From positions 6,369,474 to 6,433,473 of the forward strand of contig NC_057755.1 in assembly GCF_004010195.1 (NCBI RefSeq): 64,000 bases of DNA, written 5' to 3'. The notes under the pieces are model-generated. The model was given only the letters and a program-made list of their open reading frames with translations. It had not been told where the DNA came from and ran no database searches. Shown piece after piece: positions 1-14,371 of this stretch. Positions within the stretch are counted from its first letter, which is position 1, and the number at the start of each line of letters is the position of its first letter. The DNA is from Chiloscyllium plagiosum. Its lineage: Eukaryota. The translations under genes were made by a program, and so were the position numbers.

Positions 1-689
1 CAGCATTGTCTGGCTGATTTTAAAGGGGTCTGGAAAATACCCAATTCAAAGGCAAACGCACACAATAACACACACACACACGCACTAACAGATGCTCACC
101 ACGCACAAGCAGTGTCCATGGACAGACAGCAAGCTTACGTTTCGAGTCTACCTCTCCAGCATTGTTTTCGCTTTGTAGAGTAGAGATTTGGCAGTTTTTG
201 TTTTGCGTCTGAGTATTATTCAGACAATACCCAGAAGAGTGAGCTTGTTGATTATGTGCGTGTGTGCCTGTGTGTGTGTGTGAGACAGAAAGAGAGAGAG
301 ATACAGACAGACAGAGAGAAGCAAGCAGGAATTTGTAAATGATTGGCACGATTCCTGTTTTGACTCTAATGTGCGCCCCTATTTGCAATGATCCCATTAC
401 TCTTGTGCTTGGATTCAATTTGTAGTCCACAAGAGTATCTTTTCCTCTGTTTCTTCTTCCAATATGACAACTTTCGTTTTAACTTACATCTCCATGTGTT
501 TGCGCATTTTATTGCTCTATCTAAGTCCTCGCACTTTCTGAAAATTTGAAGGTTCTTCAATCCGTAACCTTTTAATTACACTATGGAAACCCAATGCCTG
601 AATAGGCACTGAAAGTAAGAAATGTAAAGGAACTAATTCTGATGTCTGTAAGGACCTACCACACCGTTTTCTCTGGTCAGAAAACCAGA

Positions 690-1190
690 GGTTTTCTGTA
701 AATGTAGGGAGAGGCACCTCAAGCCTGCTGCACTATTCAATAAAATCATGACAAATACCACATTGATCACATCCACTTTCTTGCCCTTTCTCGAAAACCC
801 ATGGTTCTCAAAATAATCAAAAAACGTTCTGTATCAGCCTTAAATATACACAATGTCGCTGCCCCAAAAGCTCTATGTGGCAAGGCGTTCCAGGACTCAC
901 AACATTCTGAGACAAGAAATTCCTCCTCAACCCAGTCTTAAATTGGTGTCCTTTTACAAATCCATCAGGAAATCTTTTCACAATGTGACAGATATGTTCT
1001 CATTAGTCCCTCACATATTTACCCTAAGACTTCCCTGTTCTCATACAACAATCCCCTTTATATACGGGCCAACGTTGTATTAGCTTTCTTAATTACCTGC
1101 TGCATGCCACTTGTTAGCTTTCTGTCTTTCATGCACAGGTTCTGACAAGTCCCTCTAATTGACTGATTTCTGCAGCTTGTTCTCTATTTA
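690..1190 (-). mobile_element. Degenerate CR1 3' fragment
   Basis: CR1-like 3' end sequence (ttcaataaaatcatg..; aaattcctcctc..agtcttaaat). Confidence 0.6.
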
Positions 1191-2989
1191 AATTCTATGA
1201 TTTCAAAACCGATTCACTAAGGTCCCCGCACAGGATGACCATGTATCAATTGCTCCTTTAGAATTTTGAATTACAATTTAGAATTTATTGTCATATGTAC
1301 TTTTGCAAAAGGAAATACAATGTTTATCTGTTCACAATGAAATCCGCTTTGTGGAATCCAAAAAGCCTTTTGTCCACTGACCAATTTTCTTTTGCTAGAG
1401 TTTAAGACAACACACTACAATCTCCATTGTCGTTCTGTTTAGAACATGGGGTTTTTGAGGTAAAAACACTACAACTATACATTAAGAACCCTATTGGCTT
1501 CGGCTGTTGTCCTTTCATCTCTGCTCTTCGTTACTTCATTACAACATGAAGCTAATTTTTCAGATAATCTATCCCAGTTAGTCTTCTGTGCTGGCTGACT
1601 TCCATGTTTTCGCAAATAGAAATTGGTATTTCCCATCATAATACGCTATGATAGCTTTTCTAACCTTCGCATTAGTCTAATTTTGCTTTATTCACTTCAG
1701 GGATGTGGCGTTGCTGGCAGGTCCCAGCATTTATTGCCCACTTCCTAGTTGTTCTTGAGATGATGGTGGTGAGTTCCCTTCATGAACCGCTGCAGTCCAC
1801 CTGCTGTGTGCCTGGATAGGGTATTCCAGGATTTTGTTGCAGCAACACTGAAGGAATTACGATATATCTCCACGTCAGCATGGTGAGTTGCTCAGAGGGC
1901 AAGTTGCAGTGTTGGTGTTCCAATGTATCGGCTGCCTTTGCCCTTCCAGAGGAGAGTGTTGAGGATCTTTGGCGAATTTCTGCAGTGCATCATGTAGATA
2001 GTACGCACTACTGTTCCTGAGCGTCGATGGTAGAGTGAGTGGCTGATTGCATTTCTTTTGCTAATCAAGTGAGATGCTTTAGCCTGGCAATATATCACTG
2101 TCTCCTCACTATCGATGCGTCAATATCATGGAAGTTCTTCTCTAATGGAATTGTGCGTGTAGATACAGCACATTGTCTGCACCATTCAAGAAGGCAGGTC
2201 ACACTACCTTCCCACCGTCAACTGGGACCAGCAATACAAAGTTAGGAGCGCCCACATCCCATGAGTGAATTGAAAAAAAAGACAATTCGTGCCTTGTTCT
2301 CCCTTGCAAAATGAACAATTTTCCAGCAATGATTTGTGGATGTGAAGCACCACTTACTTGCATTATACTTTATGCCTTTGTTTACAAATTCAAACGACCT
2401 ATGATTTTTTTTTATTTATGGACAGTTTCATCTTGCCTGGCCACATTCAGTGCTCTGCTCCTGAATTGCTCTCGAAGTTCTACCACTGTCCCGATATTGC
2501 TTCTCTGTATTTCTTCTACCATAAAAGCATTGCCTTAATTTTCTCTGCATTGAAACTTACTTCCCAGGTATCTGTTTATATCGCCAATTTTTCAAAGTCT
2601 CTCTGATTTTGCTCAGAGATATCCTCACATTGCAGACATTTCTGCTGCATGTGATTCTCCTCACAAGTATCCTTAGCCACTTTCACAGCTTATCTTTTAT
2701 TTCTTTGACATCAACTATTGGAAACAGATGGCGATCATAATTCAGGATCATAATACACTTAGATAAAAATGCTAAACAGTAAACGTGGTTCTGTCAAGGG
2801 CGTGTCGTGTCTGACAAATACAAATGAGGTGTTTGACGAGTTGCTCTCCCTTGCAAAATGAGCAACGTTCCAGAATCATACACCATTTGCCAATTCTTTG
2901 CCCACTTCCATGTTTTTCGAAAACTTTTTCAGATAATTATCTTAAGATGAGCGAAAACTTGGGTTGAGAGGTAATGCAGAAAACAGAGA

Positions 2990-4120
2990 ATAGGAACATT
3001 AGAACAAAAGTAATTTACTTGATTCTTCGAGCCTGACCAAGCATTTAATAAGACCATTGGTTGTTCGTATTTCATCTTCAACTTTACTTTCCCGCATATT
3101 CCTTTACAGTACAGAAGGAGGCCAATTAACCCATCGTGTCTGTACAGATTTTTGAAGGAACTGGTTCCATTCTCCAACCGTAATTCCACTTTCCTCTAAC
3201 TTTATCCTTTTCAGAAATATACCCAGCTCTCTTTTAAAATCTCCTGTGGAAGCAACCTCCACCACTGTCTAGCGCATTCCAAATCCTAACAATTCTGAGT
3301 TAAGAAGTTTATCCTTATCTTGCTCCTAGCTCTCTTGCCAACAATCTTGGCAATATGACCTGTAGTTCATTAAATGAACTCGTGCAAACAAAATACCATT
3401 CATTACCCTGCAAAAAAGATGTTTGTCATATTGAACAAGTCCAAAATGTCAGCTCTTAATTTTCTCTGCTGCAAGGAGATTAAGTCTAATGTAGCTAGTT
3501 TTTCCTTATATCTACAATGCTTTGTTCCTGGTGACATTCTGGCAATTTACCTTTCCACGTTTTTTTCTGAGTTTAACATCTTTCCTTCAATATCATGCCC
3601 AGACTTGAAAACGATTCCCCAAATGTGGTCCCACCGATGATTTGTCGATGTCTAGCATCACTTACTTGCTTTTATACTGTATGATTTTTCTTTTAATTTT
3701 AGGAATTCAAGCATCCTGTAAAATTCTTGTCAACTGTTTTCACTTGCCTGGCCACCTTCAGCGAATTATGTACGTGAACCCGGAGGTTCCTCTGTTCTTG
3801 AGTTCTTCTCAAAGTCTTACCACTGAGAAGACTTGTACTTCTCCTGCAAAAAGCAATGCCTTAAGTTTATTTGCACTTAAATTATTTTCCCAGGTGTCTG
3901 CCTATTGGTAATTTTTTACATTGTCTCTCTGATGTTATTCACAGACATTCTTACAATTCACTACTTTCGTAAGTTTATTATCAGCAGTGCAAATTTAAAA
4001 GTTCTGCCTTCAATGCCCAAATCCAAATCATTTATATCAGTCAGAAAAAAGCAGACATAATAACACAAATACATGGGGAACACTGCTTCCAACTCGTCTC
4101 TAGTCTGAGAAATGCCTGAC
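2990..4120 (-). mobile_element. Ancient CR1 fragments
   Basis: Degenerate CR1 3' motifs (tacagtacagaaggaggcca; gcattccaaatcctaaca; ccaaatccaaatcatttata). Confidence 0.55.
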
Positions 4121-4341
4121 TTTACCTACCTCACTTCTTGTATCCTCAATGCACCGGCAACTCTGCTTTTGGTGCCTTAGGAGAATAGACTGAGAAATGG
4201 GGTGTAGGCTGAGAGACAAAAAGAGGTTGAATGGGGCATGGTTTCCTCTGGGATCAGAGTGAAAAACATATATTCGCAGTAGTATCAATAAACACAGTCT
4301 TCACACAGTAAGGATAAACAACTTTCTGACACCCAAAAGCA

Positions 4342-5028
4342 TGTCATGAAGGTGTAATGCTACTGTACGTTTAAGAGAGTTAGAAAGCTAGCAATGACAT
4401 CGTACAATGCAATGTAACAATGTAATAATGTAACTTGGTCAAAATGGTTAGCGTTGTCATGAAACAAAATAAACAAAATAAAATTCTAATCGGTTGACAT
4501 TATGCCTCATAACCAAATCCAATCAAATTCGAATTTAGTATCTTGATAATATTCAAACCAATGAAACGATCTGATGTTTTGGGGTAGAAAACCGGACGTT
4601 TTGAACAGCTAGAGGAAAACTGCCATGGACACCGCTGGCTCAAGAGTCCTCTGAAAGATACCTGTCTGCAGAAGGAGTTTGCACATCAGAAAATCGAACC
4701 CGACCTGGGGAGAATCTACAGAGGAAAATCTGCAAAGGAGAGTCGACAAAGCAAACTGGTTTTGAAACGCGATTTTTATTTTGTAAATCTTAATCGAGAT
4801 TTTATTTTTGTGGTCGCTCTAGTATTGTAGACTGGGAGCTAAAAGATAGGTTTAAGAGGAAGGAGTCGTAAATAGTTGTTGGTTTTAATATTCTTTGGGT
4901 TTTTTTCTTTAAATAGCGACCCCGGGATGGTTCTTTGCCTCTAGAATTTTAACAGATTGCAGGCCAAGGTAAAACCTTTCTGCATTGCTGCTTTAAGTAG
5001 CAGAGTGGGTTTACCTCATGCCATAACA
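4342..5028 (+). mobile_element. Solo LTR, same family as 56454-57151
   Basis: Starts tgtcatgaaggtgtaa..tttaagagag and ends agcagagtgggtttacctcatgccataaca; no clear target-site duplication. Confidence 0.7.
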
Positions 5029-5289
5029 TGCCAGAACTCTATAAAATAACACATCAAGTTGAATCCCATCTGCTACCTTCTGAGAAAATGAACAGGAAAT
5101 TACATTACCAACACGGAAACGAATATCAACACACGAAATTACATCACCAATCCAAGGAAACCTCAGCTCATAATTAGAAATAACACCAGTGCTTCACCAG
5201 AGGTTCACTGATAATGTTACCTGGTATGGCGACGAAACGTCTGAAAGCGAAACCTCCATCTCAGCTGTAAACTTACATCCAGCAGGAGT

Positions 5290-6060
5290 CATATAGTCAG
5301 AGAAGCTAGAATCGTACACTTTGGAAAAGTAACTTCATTTGAAATCGTCTATGATAACTGGTTCCCACACCAAATATTTCCATCTTATATGCATTTGGCC
5401 CATGCCCCGCCAAACCGTTTGTGTTCATCTACGTATCCAATTGTCTTTTTAGTAATGCAACTATACATGCATCTATCACATCCTCTGAGATTTGTTTCGA
5501 CACACGAACCACTTCCTGTGTAAAAAGATGGTCCGTTATGTCCTTTTTAAATCTTTCTCTTCTCATCCCAATAAAAATACCCCATAGTTCTGAATTCGCT
5601 CACCCTCGGGGAAAAGACCCTTGCTATTCACTATATCTATGCCACTCATGATTTTATAAACTGCGATAAGGCCACGCTTCAACCTCCTATGCCCCACCTT
5701 GTCGGGCCTATCTTTATACCTGAAGCTCTCCATCACCAGCAAAAGTCTGGTAAATCTCTTCTGAACCCTCTCCAATTCAATTATACTCGGCTTGTAGCAT
5801 AATTGTACACAGTTCTTCATAGGAGGCGCCTCTAGCGTCCTGAAGAATCTCAACAAGGCCTCCCAATGACTGTACTCAAAAGATTGAACAATGAATGCAA
5901 GTGTGCTAAATGCGTCCCAAACGACCCTGTCTACCAATGACGCAAATTTCAAAGAATTATTGACTTTAACTCATGGTTTCTCTGTTCAGCAACACGACCC
6001 ACAGCCAGACTATTAATTGCATGAATCCTGCCCTTATGTGTTTTACCAAGTAGCACATTG
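5290..6060 (-). mobile_element. CR1 LINE 3' fragment
   Basis: ORF 5563-5952: ELERVQKRFTRLL..RGLIAVYKIM. Confidence 0.85.
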
Positions 6061-7739
6061 AAATGAAGAGTGATGTAAACATTAACACGCCATTAAACGC
6101 TACGAGAAAATAAGGAAGAAATGTATCGTTGAAGAGCAAGAAACTTGAGCAAAATTTGTTTATTTTGTTGAAAAGTTCTAAGATTTGGAACGAAGGCAAA
6201 GTCACCACAGTGGTATCAAACCACAGGACATGGTGGTTTCTCTCGAGGGTCATTCAGGTAAAAAGAGAGTGTGAGGATACTGCTGCTTAAAGAGGTATAC
6301 TCTGTGCTTCTTTTTAATGCAAGTAAGTGTTAATGCGAAGATAACGAGCAGTCTACTCAGAGCCAATTATCTAAGCAGCTTTGGAGGCCTTGCTTCATTT
6401 TTAAACTTGGAACAAGTAAAGCAACCTGTCAAGCTCCCACAGAAGCCAGATTTTTAGTTTTTAGTTTTGAAGAAATGCAACCTATTTCTCCCCTCTCACG
6501 TTTCCAGACAAAAGCTGGATGTTCTCTTCCTGCTACTTGCTTTGCACGTGTAACATTATGTTTTGAGATGTTGCCTTTTGTCAAGGGTGGGTTTGTGGGC
6601 GATTACAACATTGAAACAGTCAGTTATTAATACTTAATAAATTTACGATTCTGTTACCTTTAACAATAGAGTTAGGTTACTCCAATTCCTTCCTTCTTTT
6701 GTTGTATTTTAACTACAGTGAATTAAATAGTGTGTTTTGCTTTTAATCTGATTGTCTGCCAATTCAAATTGTATCTGGAATGCAACACCTTCCATTTACT
6801 TTTAAAATGAGAAACTTTTTGCATCTAGAGTTTCTTCTGAATATTTTAAAAAGGTTGATCCCGTCTCTAAAAAGACTTTGAGAAGGAGAGTCCTTCACGG
6901 TAACCTCAACGGGAGTGAGAATTAAACCCACTATTGGTATCAGTGCACCACGATCCAGCCTTCCAAGTAAAGCCCTCAACATATCCATGTGTTAAAGGTT
7001 GGACTAAAAGCACAAGAGTGACTTTACTCCAAATGAGTTAAGAGTTAACTAATAATGCTTAAACGGTCAGAGATAGAATCTGAGTTAAAACCCGGAATTT
7101 TGTTATAACTGAGATATTCGACAGTAAATAAAACAAAGAACTGCGGATGCTGAATATCTGAAGCAAAAACAAAGTGAAATTGCTGGCAGCATCCATGGAA
7201 AGCAAATAAGGTGAACGTTTCGAGTCAAGTGACCAGAAGAAATGGGCAAAATGTGCAAAAGAAAGAGAACTGCACATGAAGCATTCACTTCGCTTTCTCC
7301 CCACAAATGCTGAAAGACATGCTGAGCTTCTCCAGCGCACTCAGCCTTTGTTTCAAATGTTAGAGAGTGGCAGTTTTAAATCAATGCTGCAGCCAATAAC
7401 GGGGATATCACTTCAACAGGAATCTCTCCCGCTGAACTAAGCCCAGGGGATTTTTGATTTGATTTATTATTGTCACTTGTGCCGAAGTGCAGTGAAATCT
7501 TTTGTTTTGTATGCAGTACACGTAGATCATAACATGCAAAGACATAAAGAAGATGGACCGAGGGACACAAGGCTGCAGTTTCAAAGAAGGTGTAAAAAAG
7601 GCAAGGTCAAATTAGGTTTGCACTGTAAGAGGTCCATGCAGAAGTCTAACAGGGAGCGTTTCCCTGCATTCAGTGTTCATAATGATACATACGTTCAGCT
7701 CACACTGAATGAGGTTCAATGTATTACCTAAACATTAGA

Positions 7740-8110
7740 ATCAGAGTCGGAATGAATGGATCTTTCCCTACTTGCCAATATGTAATGACTGCAGTGCGCA
7801 GGATTCTGTCCTCTGTCCCCAACTATTTGCAACGTTTATGAGTGATCTGGATGTGCGAATACAATGCATTTCAGCCAAATTTGCCAAAGACATTAAAATA
7901 GATAGAAACGTATTTCACAACGAAGAAATAACAAATGCAGAAATAAATAGGTTAAGTGAATGGGCCAAGGAAAGTCAGATGAAGTTTGATGCAGATGTGT
8001 TAGGTATTCCATTTTTGTCAGAGGAATAGAAATGCAGATTATCATCTAAATAGAGAGAAAGGTCACAGTGCTGTGATGGGACTAACGTATCCTCCTGTGA
8101 GAATTTCGCA
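7740..8110 (+). mobile_element. Old CR1 reverse transcriptase fragment
   Basis: ORF 7772: QDSVLCPQLFATFMSDLD..AKFAKDIKI..RLSEWAK..QMKF. Confidence 0.8.
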
Positions 8111-8849
8111 GGTGCAGCTGATAGTTCAGTACTGAATTGTTGACGGTTCTTCCTGATACTTTTGTTCTTAAATTCCGTGTCAGATATCGATAAAACATTT
8201 TTTTGCATAGACCACAAGACACAGTTACCTATATTAAGAACAATTTGCAAGCAAGTCCAATTTTTTTAATGCTCATTTTCGCACCAATGATACAAACCTT
8301 CGCCTTTTCTGCCAAACTTGCGATACAACCAATCATCAGAGGACAACAAGGCAACTATCATCATAGAATCTTGGAAATGATTTGCTTTTCTGAATGCTTG
8401 TTGTCATGTGTTGGATATCAAGAGATAACAATAGATCGAGCTTAGCCTAAGTTTAAGAGCATTCAGGCAATTTGCTTCCAACTTCCGTTTTGTAAGTGTA
8501 CATTTTATACTTAATCTTAAGCATGATGTTTACTTGTGCTGAAAGTTTTATTCAAGTTAATGCAATATATGGCGCTAAAAACGAGAGATGGTGTGAAACA
8601 CAATCGATTTATGGACGTGTGAGAATATTTTGAGAGAGGGACAACAAATCTAGTGCATCTTTATACGTTTTAGAGAGTACGATGCAGTGACATATGCGAT
8701 ATAGAGCAATAATATAATATATTAATAGAGAGAAAATACACATGCAACAACGATGATATGATATTCAGTAAGCATATTTTTATTGAGAGTAACGATATTG
8801 ATTGTGGAAAATGTAATAACATAAGCTTTGCAGATGCAAATATGTAGAT

Positions 8850-9300
8850 TCTTCGAGTCATACAGCGCGAAAAGAGATCCTTCAGTTGATCCAATTCGTC
8901 CAAGCTGAGCAATTTTCACAAACTAACCTAATCCCATTTACCAATATTTCACATACATTCTAAATTTTTCCTATTCATGTACCTGTCCAAATGTACTTTT
9001 TAAAATATAGCAACCATAGTGCATCTGACACTTCCCCTGGCAGATCATTCCACATACGAACCACCCTCTGTGTAAAAAGGTTGTCCTTCAGGTTCCTTTT
9101 AATTCTCTCTCCTCTCAACTTAAAAATATGCTCTCGAGGTTTGAAATTCCACACGTAGGTGGAAAAAATAAACTCTGTGGTCCTCATGACATTGCAAACC
9201 TCGAGATGGTCACCTATTTACCACCTTAGCTTCAGGGAAAAGACGTCTAACCTATCCAAACTCTCTTTGTTACTTAAACCTTCAGTCCATGCATTATGCC
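8850..9300 (-). mobile_element. CR1 3' fragment
   Basis: ORF 8975-9187: FKLRGERIKRNLKDNLFTQRVVRMWNDLP. Confidence 0.85.
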
Positions 9301-9442
9301 AAGTGAGAATGTACACGCCAGTCATTGAAGTTTGGAGGACAAGTTCATCATGTTGTCGGAAATTTGTTGGATCCTTGAGTGATTTAAAACAGGGTGCAGA
9401 GATCAAAACCAAAATAGTCAAAACAGACTTTGCTTGGAGGTT

Positions 9443-11117
9443 TAGACAATAGACAATAGACAATAGGTGCAGGAGTAGGCCATTCAGCCCTTCGAGCCTG
9501 CACCGCCATTCAATATAATCATGGCTGATCATTCCTAATCAGTATCTTGTTCCTGCCTTATCTCCATAACCCTTGATTCCACTATCTTTGAGAGCTCTAT
9601 CCAACTCCTTCTTAAATGAATCCAGAGAGTGGGCCTCCACTGCCCTCTGGGGCAGAGCATTCCACACAGCCACCACTCTCTGGGTGAAGAAGTTTCTCCT
9701 GAGCTCTGTCCTAAACGGTCTACCCCGTACTTTTAAGCTGTGTCCTCTGGTTCGACAGTCACCCATCAGTGGAAATATGTTTCCTACTGACAGAGTGTCC
9801 AATCCTTTCATAATCTTATACGTCTCAATCAGATCCCCTCTCAATCTACGAAACTCAAGGGTATACAAGCCCAGTCGCTTCAGTCTTTCAGTGNNNNNNN
9901 NNNNNNNNNNNNNNNNNNNNNNNNNNNNNNNNNNNNNNNNNNNNNNNNNNNNNNNNNNNNNNNNNNNNNNNNNNNNNNNNNNNNNNNNNNNNNNNNNNNN
10001 NNNNNNNNNNNNNNNNNNNNNNNNNNNNNNNNNNNNNNNNNNNNNNNNNNNNNNNNNNNNNNNNNNNNNNNNNNNNNNNNNNNNNNNNNNNNNNNNNNNN
10101 NNNNNNNNNNNNNNNNNNNNNNNNNNNNNNNNNNNNNNNNNNNNNNNNNNNNNNNNNNNNNNNNNNNNNNNNNNNNNNNNNNNNNNNNNNNNNNNNNNNN
10201 NNNNNNNNNNNNNNNNNNNNNNNNNNNNNNNNNNNNNNNNNNNNNNNNNNNNNNNNNNNNNNNNNNNNNNNNNNNNNNNNNNNNNNNNNNNNNNNNNNNN
10301 NNNNNNNNNNNNNNNNNNNNNNNNNNNNNNNNNNNNNNNNNNNNNNNNNNNNNNNNNNNNNNNNNNNNNNNNNNNNNNNNNNNNNNNNNNNNNNNNNNNN
10401 NNNNNNNNNNNNNNNNNNNNNNNNNNNNNNNNNNNNNNNNNNNNNNNNNNNNNNNNNNNNNNNNNNNNNNNNNNNNNNNNNNNNNNNNNNNNNNNNNNNN
10501 NNNNNNNGTAATTTCATCTTTTATAATAGACTCCAGTATCTTTCCCACCACTGAGGTCAGACTAGCTGGTCTATAATTTCCTGCTTTCTTTCGCCCACCT
10601 TTCTTAAAAAGTGGTATAACATTAGCCACCCTCCAATCCTCAGGAACCGACCCCGAATCTATTGAACTCTGGAAAATAATTACCAACGCATCTACGATTT
10701 CCCGAGCCACCTCCTTCAGTACCCTGGGATGCAGACCATCAGGCCCCAGAGACTTGTCAACCTTCAGAACTAACAGTCTCTCCAACACCAAATCCTGGCA
10801 AATATAAATTCCCTTAAGTTCAGGTCCTTCAGCCACTGTTACCTCAGGGAGATTGCTTGTGTCTTCCCAAGTGAACACAGATCTGAAGTACCCATTTAAT
10901 TCCTCTGCCATTTCTTTCTTCCTAGTAATATATTCCCCTGTTTCTGTCTTCAAGGGCCCAATTTTTGTCCTAACCATTTTTCTGCCTTGCACATACCTAA
11001 AAAAGCTTTTACTATCCTCCTTAATATTCTTGGCCAGTTTTCCGAACCATTTTTTTTTTTTGCCTTGCACATACCTAAAAAAGCTTTTCCTATCCTTCTT
11101 AATATTCTTGGCCAGTT
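9443..11117 (-). mobile_element. Young CR1 (HER1-like) LINE, 5'-truncated, spanning an assembly gap
   Basis: ORF2 peptides KSLGPDGLHPRVLKE, WRVANVIPLFKKG..NYRP and LEFRRLRGDLIETYKI..RRNFFTQRVV; (TCTATTG)n 3' tail; absent from the paralogous block at about 22313. Confidence 0.95.
9894..10507. other. Assembly gap
   Basis: Run of N. Confidence 1.
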
Positions 11118-11239
11118 GTCCGATCTCACCAGTAGAACTGCACATTTTCGGACGAATGTCAAGACTGTGAACAAGGTGCAGGTGAGATCTATCAGAATAG
11201 ATGCAGGGAGGTGAGATTTTACTGAAGTTGAATATAAGA

Positions 11240-12500
11240 ACAGGGAGTAAGAATAGTCCGTTCACCTCCTCTAACTTGCTCTGTCATTTGACACGATCAC
11301 AGCTGATCTGATCTTTGCCAGAACTGCACTTTCCTTCTTGCTCCACATCGCCCTTCAACTCGTTACCCATAAAAGAAATTATCTCTCCCCTTGTTAATCG
11401 ACTCAATATCCCATCATCCACCATTATCTAACGGAGCGAATCCTACAGTTTCAGCATAATTTGAGAGAAGTAATTCTTCTTTTTCTCGATTTTAATTCTG
11501 TTGCCTCCATGTAAAACTATTGGCTCTTCTTCGGATTTACCTCAAATTGAAAAAAGCGCCATAGCTATGTTTATTTTGTCAATCCCCTTCATCATCTTGT
11601 GTACCTCAAAAACATCTTCTCCCATCTTTCTGAACTCGAGCCAGTATAGCCTTAAACTGTTCAATGCTTGCTCATAAAACATGACTTTCATCTCTGGAAT
11701 TCATCAAGTGAACCTCGGCTGAACTGTCTGCAAAACAATTGCATCCTTCCTGAAGGGAACGGGACCAGAACTGTACGCAGTATTCCAGATATGATTTAAC
11801 CAATGCCTTCTACAGTTTCATAAAGACCTCCCTGATTCGATGTTCTGATACGTTCACAATAAATCCCAAAATTCAGTTTTCCCTCCTTATTATCTGCTGT
11901 ATTACTTGTATAGGTGTTTTCTGTAATTCATGTGCGAGGACACCGAGATCACTCTGCACTGACGCATTCTGACATTCCTTTGCATTATTGGCTGGTACAG
12001 TGGAACAATAGTTACCACTGCTGTCACAGTGCCAGTGCCCTGGGTTCAATTCCAGACTTGAATAACTGTGTGGATATTCCTTCCACAGCTCAAAGATGCA
12101 CAGGTTAAGTGTATTAGCCATGCTAAATTTGCCTATCATGTCCAGGGAAGAAAAGGTTAGTGAAGTAGCCATGGCAAATGCAGGATTGCGGGATAATGCT
12201 GAGTCGAGGTTGGATGCTCTTCGGAGCCTTAGCACAGAGTCGATGGGCTGAATGGCCTATTTCTGCACCATTGGGGTTACATGGTTCAGACAATAAGCTG
12301 TCTTTCCTTTCCTCTGACCAAACTGGATAAACTCACAATGAACGTTAAACTCCATCTGCCAAATTTTGGCACATTCACCTAATCTAACCATTACAATTTG
12401 CATATTTCTTGCTCTTACACTGCAACCTAATTTTCCACGTATTTCATTGTCTTTGGCAAAGTTGGTTCGAGTACGTTGTATTCCTGCATTCAGGTCACTG
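11240..12500 (-). mobile_element. Old CR1 fragment with nested HE1 SINE (about 11992-12290, +)
   Basis: ORF 12257-12589: RLGECAKIWQMEFNV; SINE head ggtacagtggaacaatagttaccactgctgtcacag; duplicated at 22440-23660. Confidence 0.75.
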
Positions 12501-12589
12501 AATTTAGTGAGGTTATTCGCGTTGGAGGAGTGAAAAATGAGGTGTTCTTTTTTACGGAGTTGGTCGAAACGTTTGGTCTGTATGGTCAC

Positions 12590-13340
12590 ACCTCAGCCTC
12601 CAAAGCTCCATGGAAAAAAGCCCTAGCCTATTCAAACTCCCTATAGCTCAAATCGTCCAACAATGGCAACATATTTAAAAAATCTTTTCTAAACCCTTTT
12701 GAGTTTCACAACATTCTTCCAATGGGAAGGAGACCAGAATTACGCACAATATTCCATAAAGGTCTTGTCCACCCGCAACAGGACCTCCCAACTCCTGTAC
12801 TCAATACTGTGACCAATAAAGCAAAGCATATCAAACGCCTTCTTCACTATCTATCTGTGACTCTACTTTCAAGGAGCAATGAACCTGCACTCTTTTGTTC
12901 AGCAACACTCCCGAGGACGTTACCATTGAGTGTATAAGTCCTGCTAAGATTTGCTTTCCCAAAATGCAACACCTTGCATTGATCTAAATTAAATTCAGTC
13001 TGTCACTTCTCAGTCCATTGCCTCATTTGATCAAGATCCCATTCTAATCTAAGGTAACCTTCTTCGCTGTCCACTACACCTCCAATTTTAGTGTAATCCA
13101 CAAACTTACTAACTATACCTCTTAAGCTCACATCCAAATCATTTATGTAAACGACAAACAGTCGTGGCCCGAGCACTGATCCTTATGGCATTCCACTGGT
13201 CACAGGCCTCCGGTCTGAAAAGCATGCCTCCAACACCTCACTCTGTATTCTACCTTTGAGCCAGTTGTCTACCCAAATAGCTAGTTCGCCCTGTATTCTG
13301 TGAGATCTAACCTTGCTAACCAGTCTCACATGGGGAACCT
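12590..13340 (-). mobile_element. CR1 LINE fragment
   Basis: Closely similar to 24280-25070. Confidence 0.9.
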
Positions 13341-14267
13341 TGTTTAATGCCTTACTGAAGTAGATGATATTGTGAAGCCATAAGTAGAGGACAGTCTGAT
13401 AAGAGAGTAATGTGATAAGTTATACAGAGGTAGCACAAGTAAAAGGAGGTAAATGGCCACCCTCCATGTTGACATCTTCTAAACATTCTGTAAGCTTCTC
13501 ACTGTACGTCAGTGCACGTGACAATCAATAAATCACCGGTCAATGTTCAAAGCTGAAGGCAATTAATTCAGTTGAAGGTTATTAAATGTGATGGAGACGT
13601 GAAATGGAGATTGAATCTTTCATCGTTAGCTAAATTGTAGTTGTTGACAGAATGACAACGTGCCGTTAGCAGAGTTTTGTTGGTAGTGGTTTGAACATTT
13701 CTTTTCCACCAGGGGTTGAAACACTAGAATGCAACATTTGTTTTATTCATTCACAGGATGTGAAAGTTGCTGGCCAGGCAGCATTTATTGCTCATCTTAG
13801 GCAGTTAAGAATTAAACACAAACCGGAAGGTCTCGGGTTGCATGTTGTTTAGAATCATGCAATCCCTGCAATGCAGTCACAGGCCATTCAACCCATCAAG
13901 TCGGGCACTAACCCACTAAGAGCATTCCACACAGACCCACACCCATAACCCCACATTTAGCCCATGGCTAATCGATCTAGCCTGCTCACTTTCCCAGACA
14001 GACACAGCAAGAACATACAAACTCGACACAAAGGATCACCCATTGCTGGAATCAAATTCCGTGGCGCTGTGAGGCTGCAGTGTTAACCACTGAACTACTG
14101 TGCTGCCCAGGCTTGGTAAGTACACCAGATTCCTTCCCCAAACAACGTTATTGAACCCAATGTGTATTGCTGACAATACGCAATGGTTTCATTGCCGTCA
14201 TTAGAATCTCAAATCTGGAATCACTTTCCACCATTACAGGATTTGAACCTGGTTCGCCAGAATATCA

Positions 14268-14371
14268 GCCCTTTCCTGAAGAAGGGCTTATGCCCGAAAC
14301 GTCGATTGTCCTTCTCCTTTGATGCTGCCTGACCTACTGCCCTTTTCCAGCAACACATTTTTAAGCTTTAA
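14268..14371 (+). mobile_element. About 100-bp Penelope-derived hammerhead element with 14-bp target-site duplication
   Basis: tcgccagaatatca at 14254-14267 and 14372-14385; core CTGAAGAAGGGCTTATGCCCGAAACGTCG. Confidence 0.85.

Noticed and set aside
90..160. Apparent first coding exon on - strand (ATGGACACTGCTTGTGCGTG|gtgagc)
   Set aside because: It lies within gactcgaaacgtaagcttgctgtctgtccatggacactgc, which resembles the decayed Penelope hammerhead tail seen elsewhere in the window; no other gene support.
9573..11265. Long ORFs of 312, 461 and 209 aa
   Set aside because: Artefacts of N runs plus CR1 ORF2 fragments.
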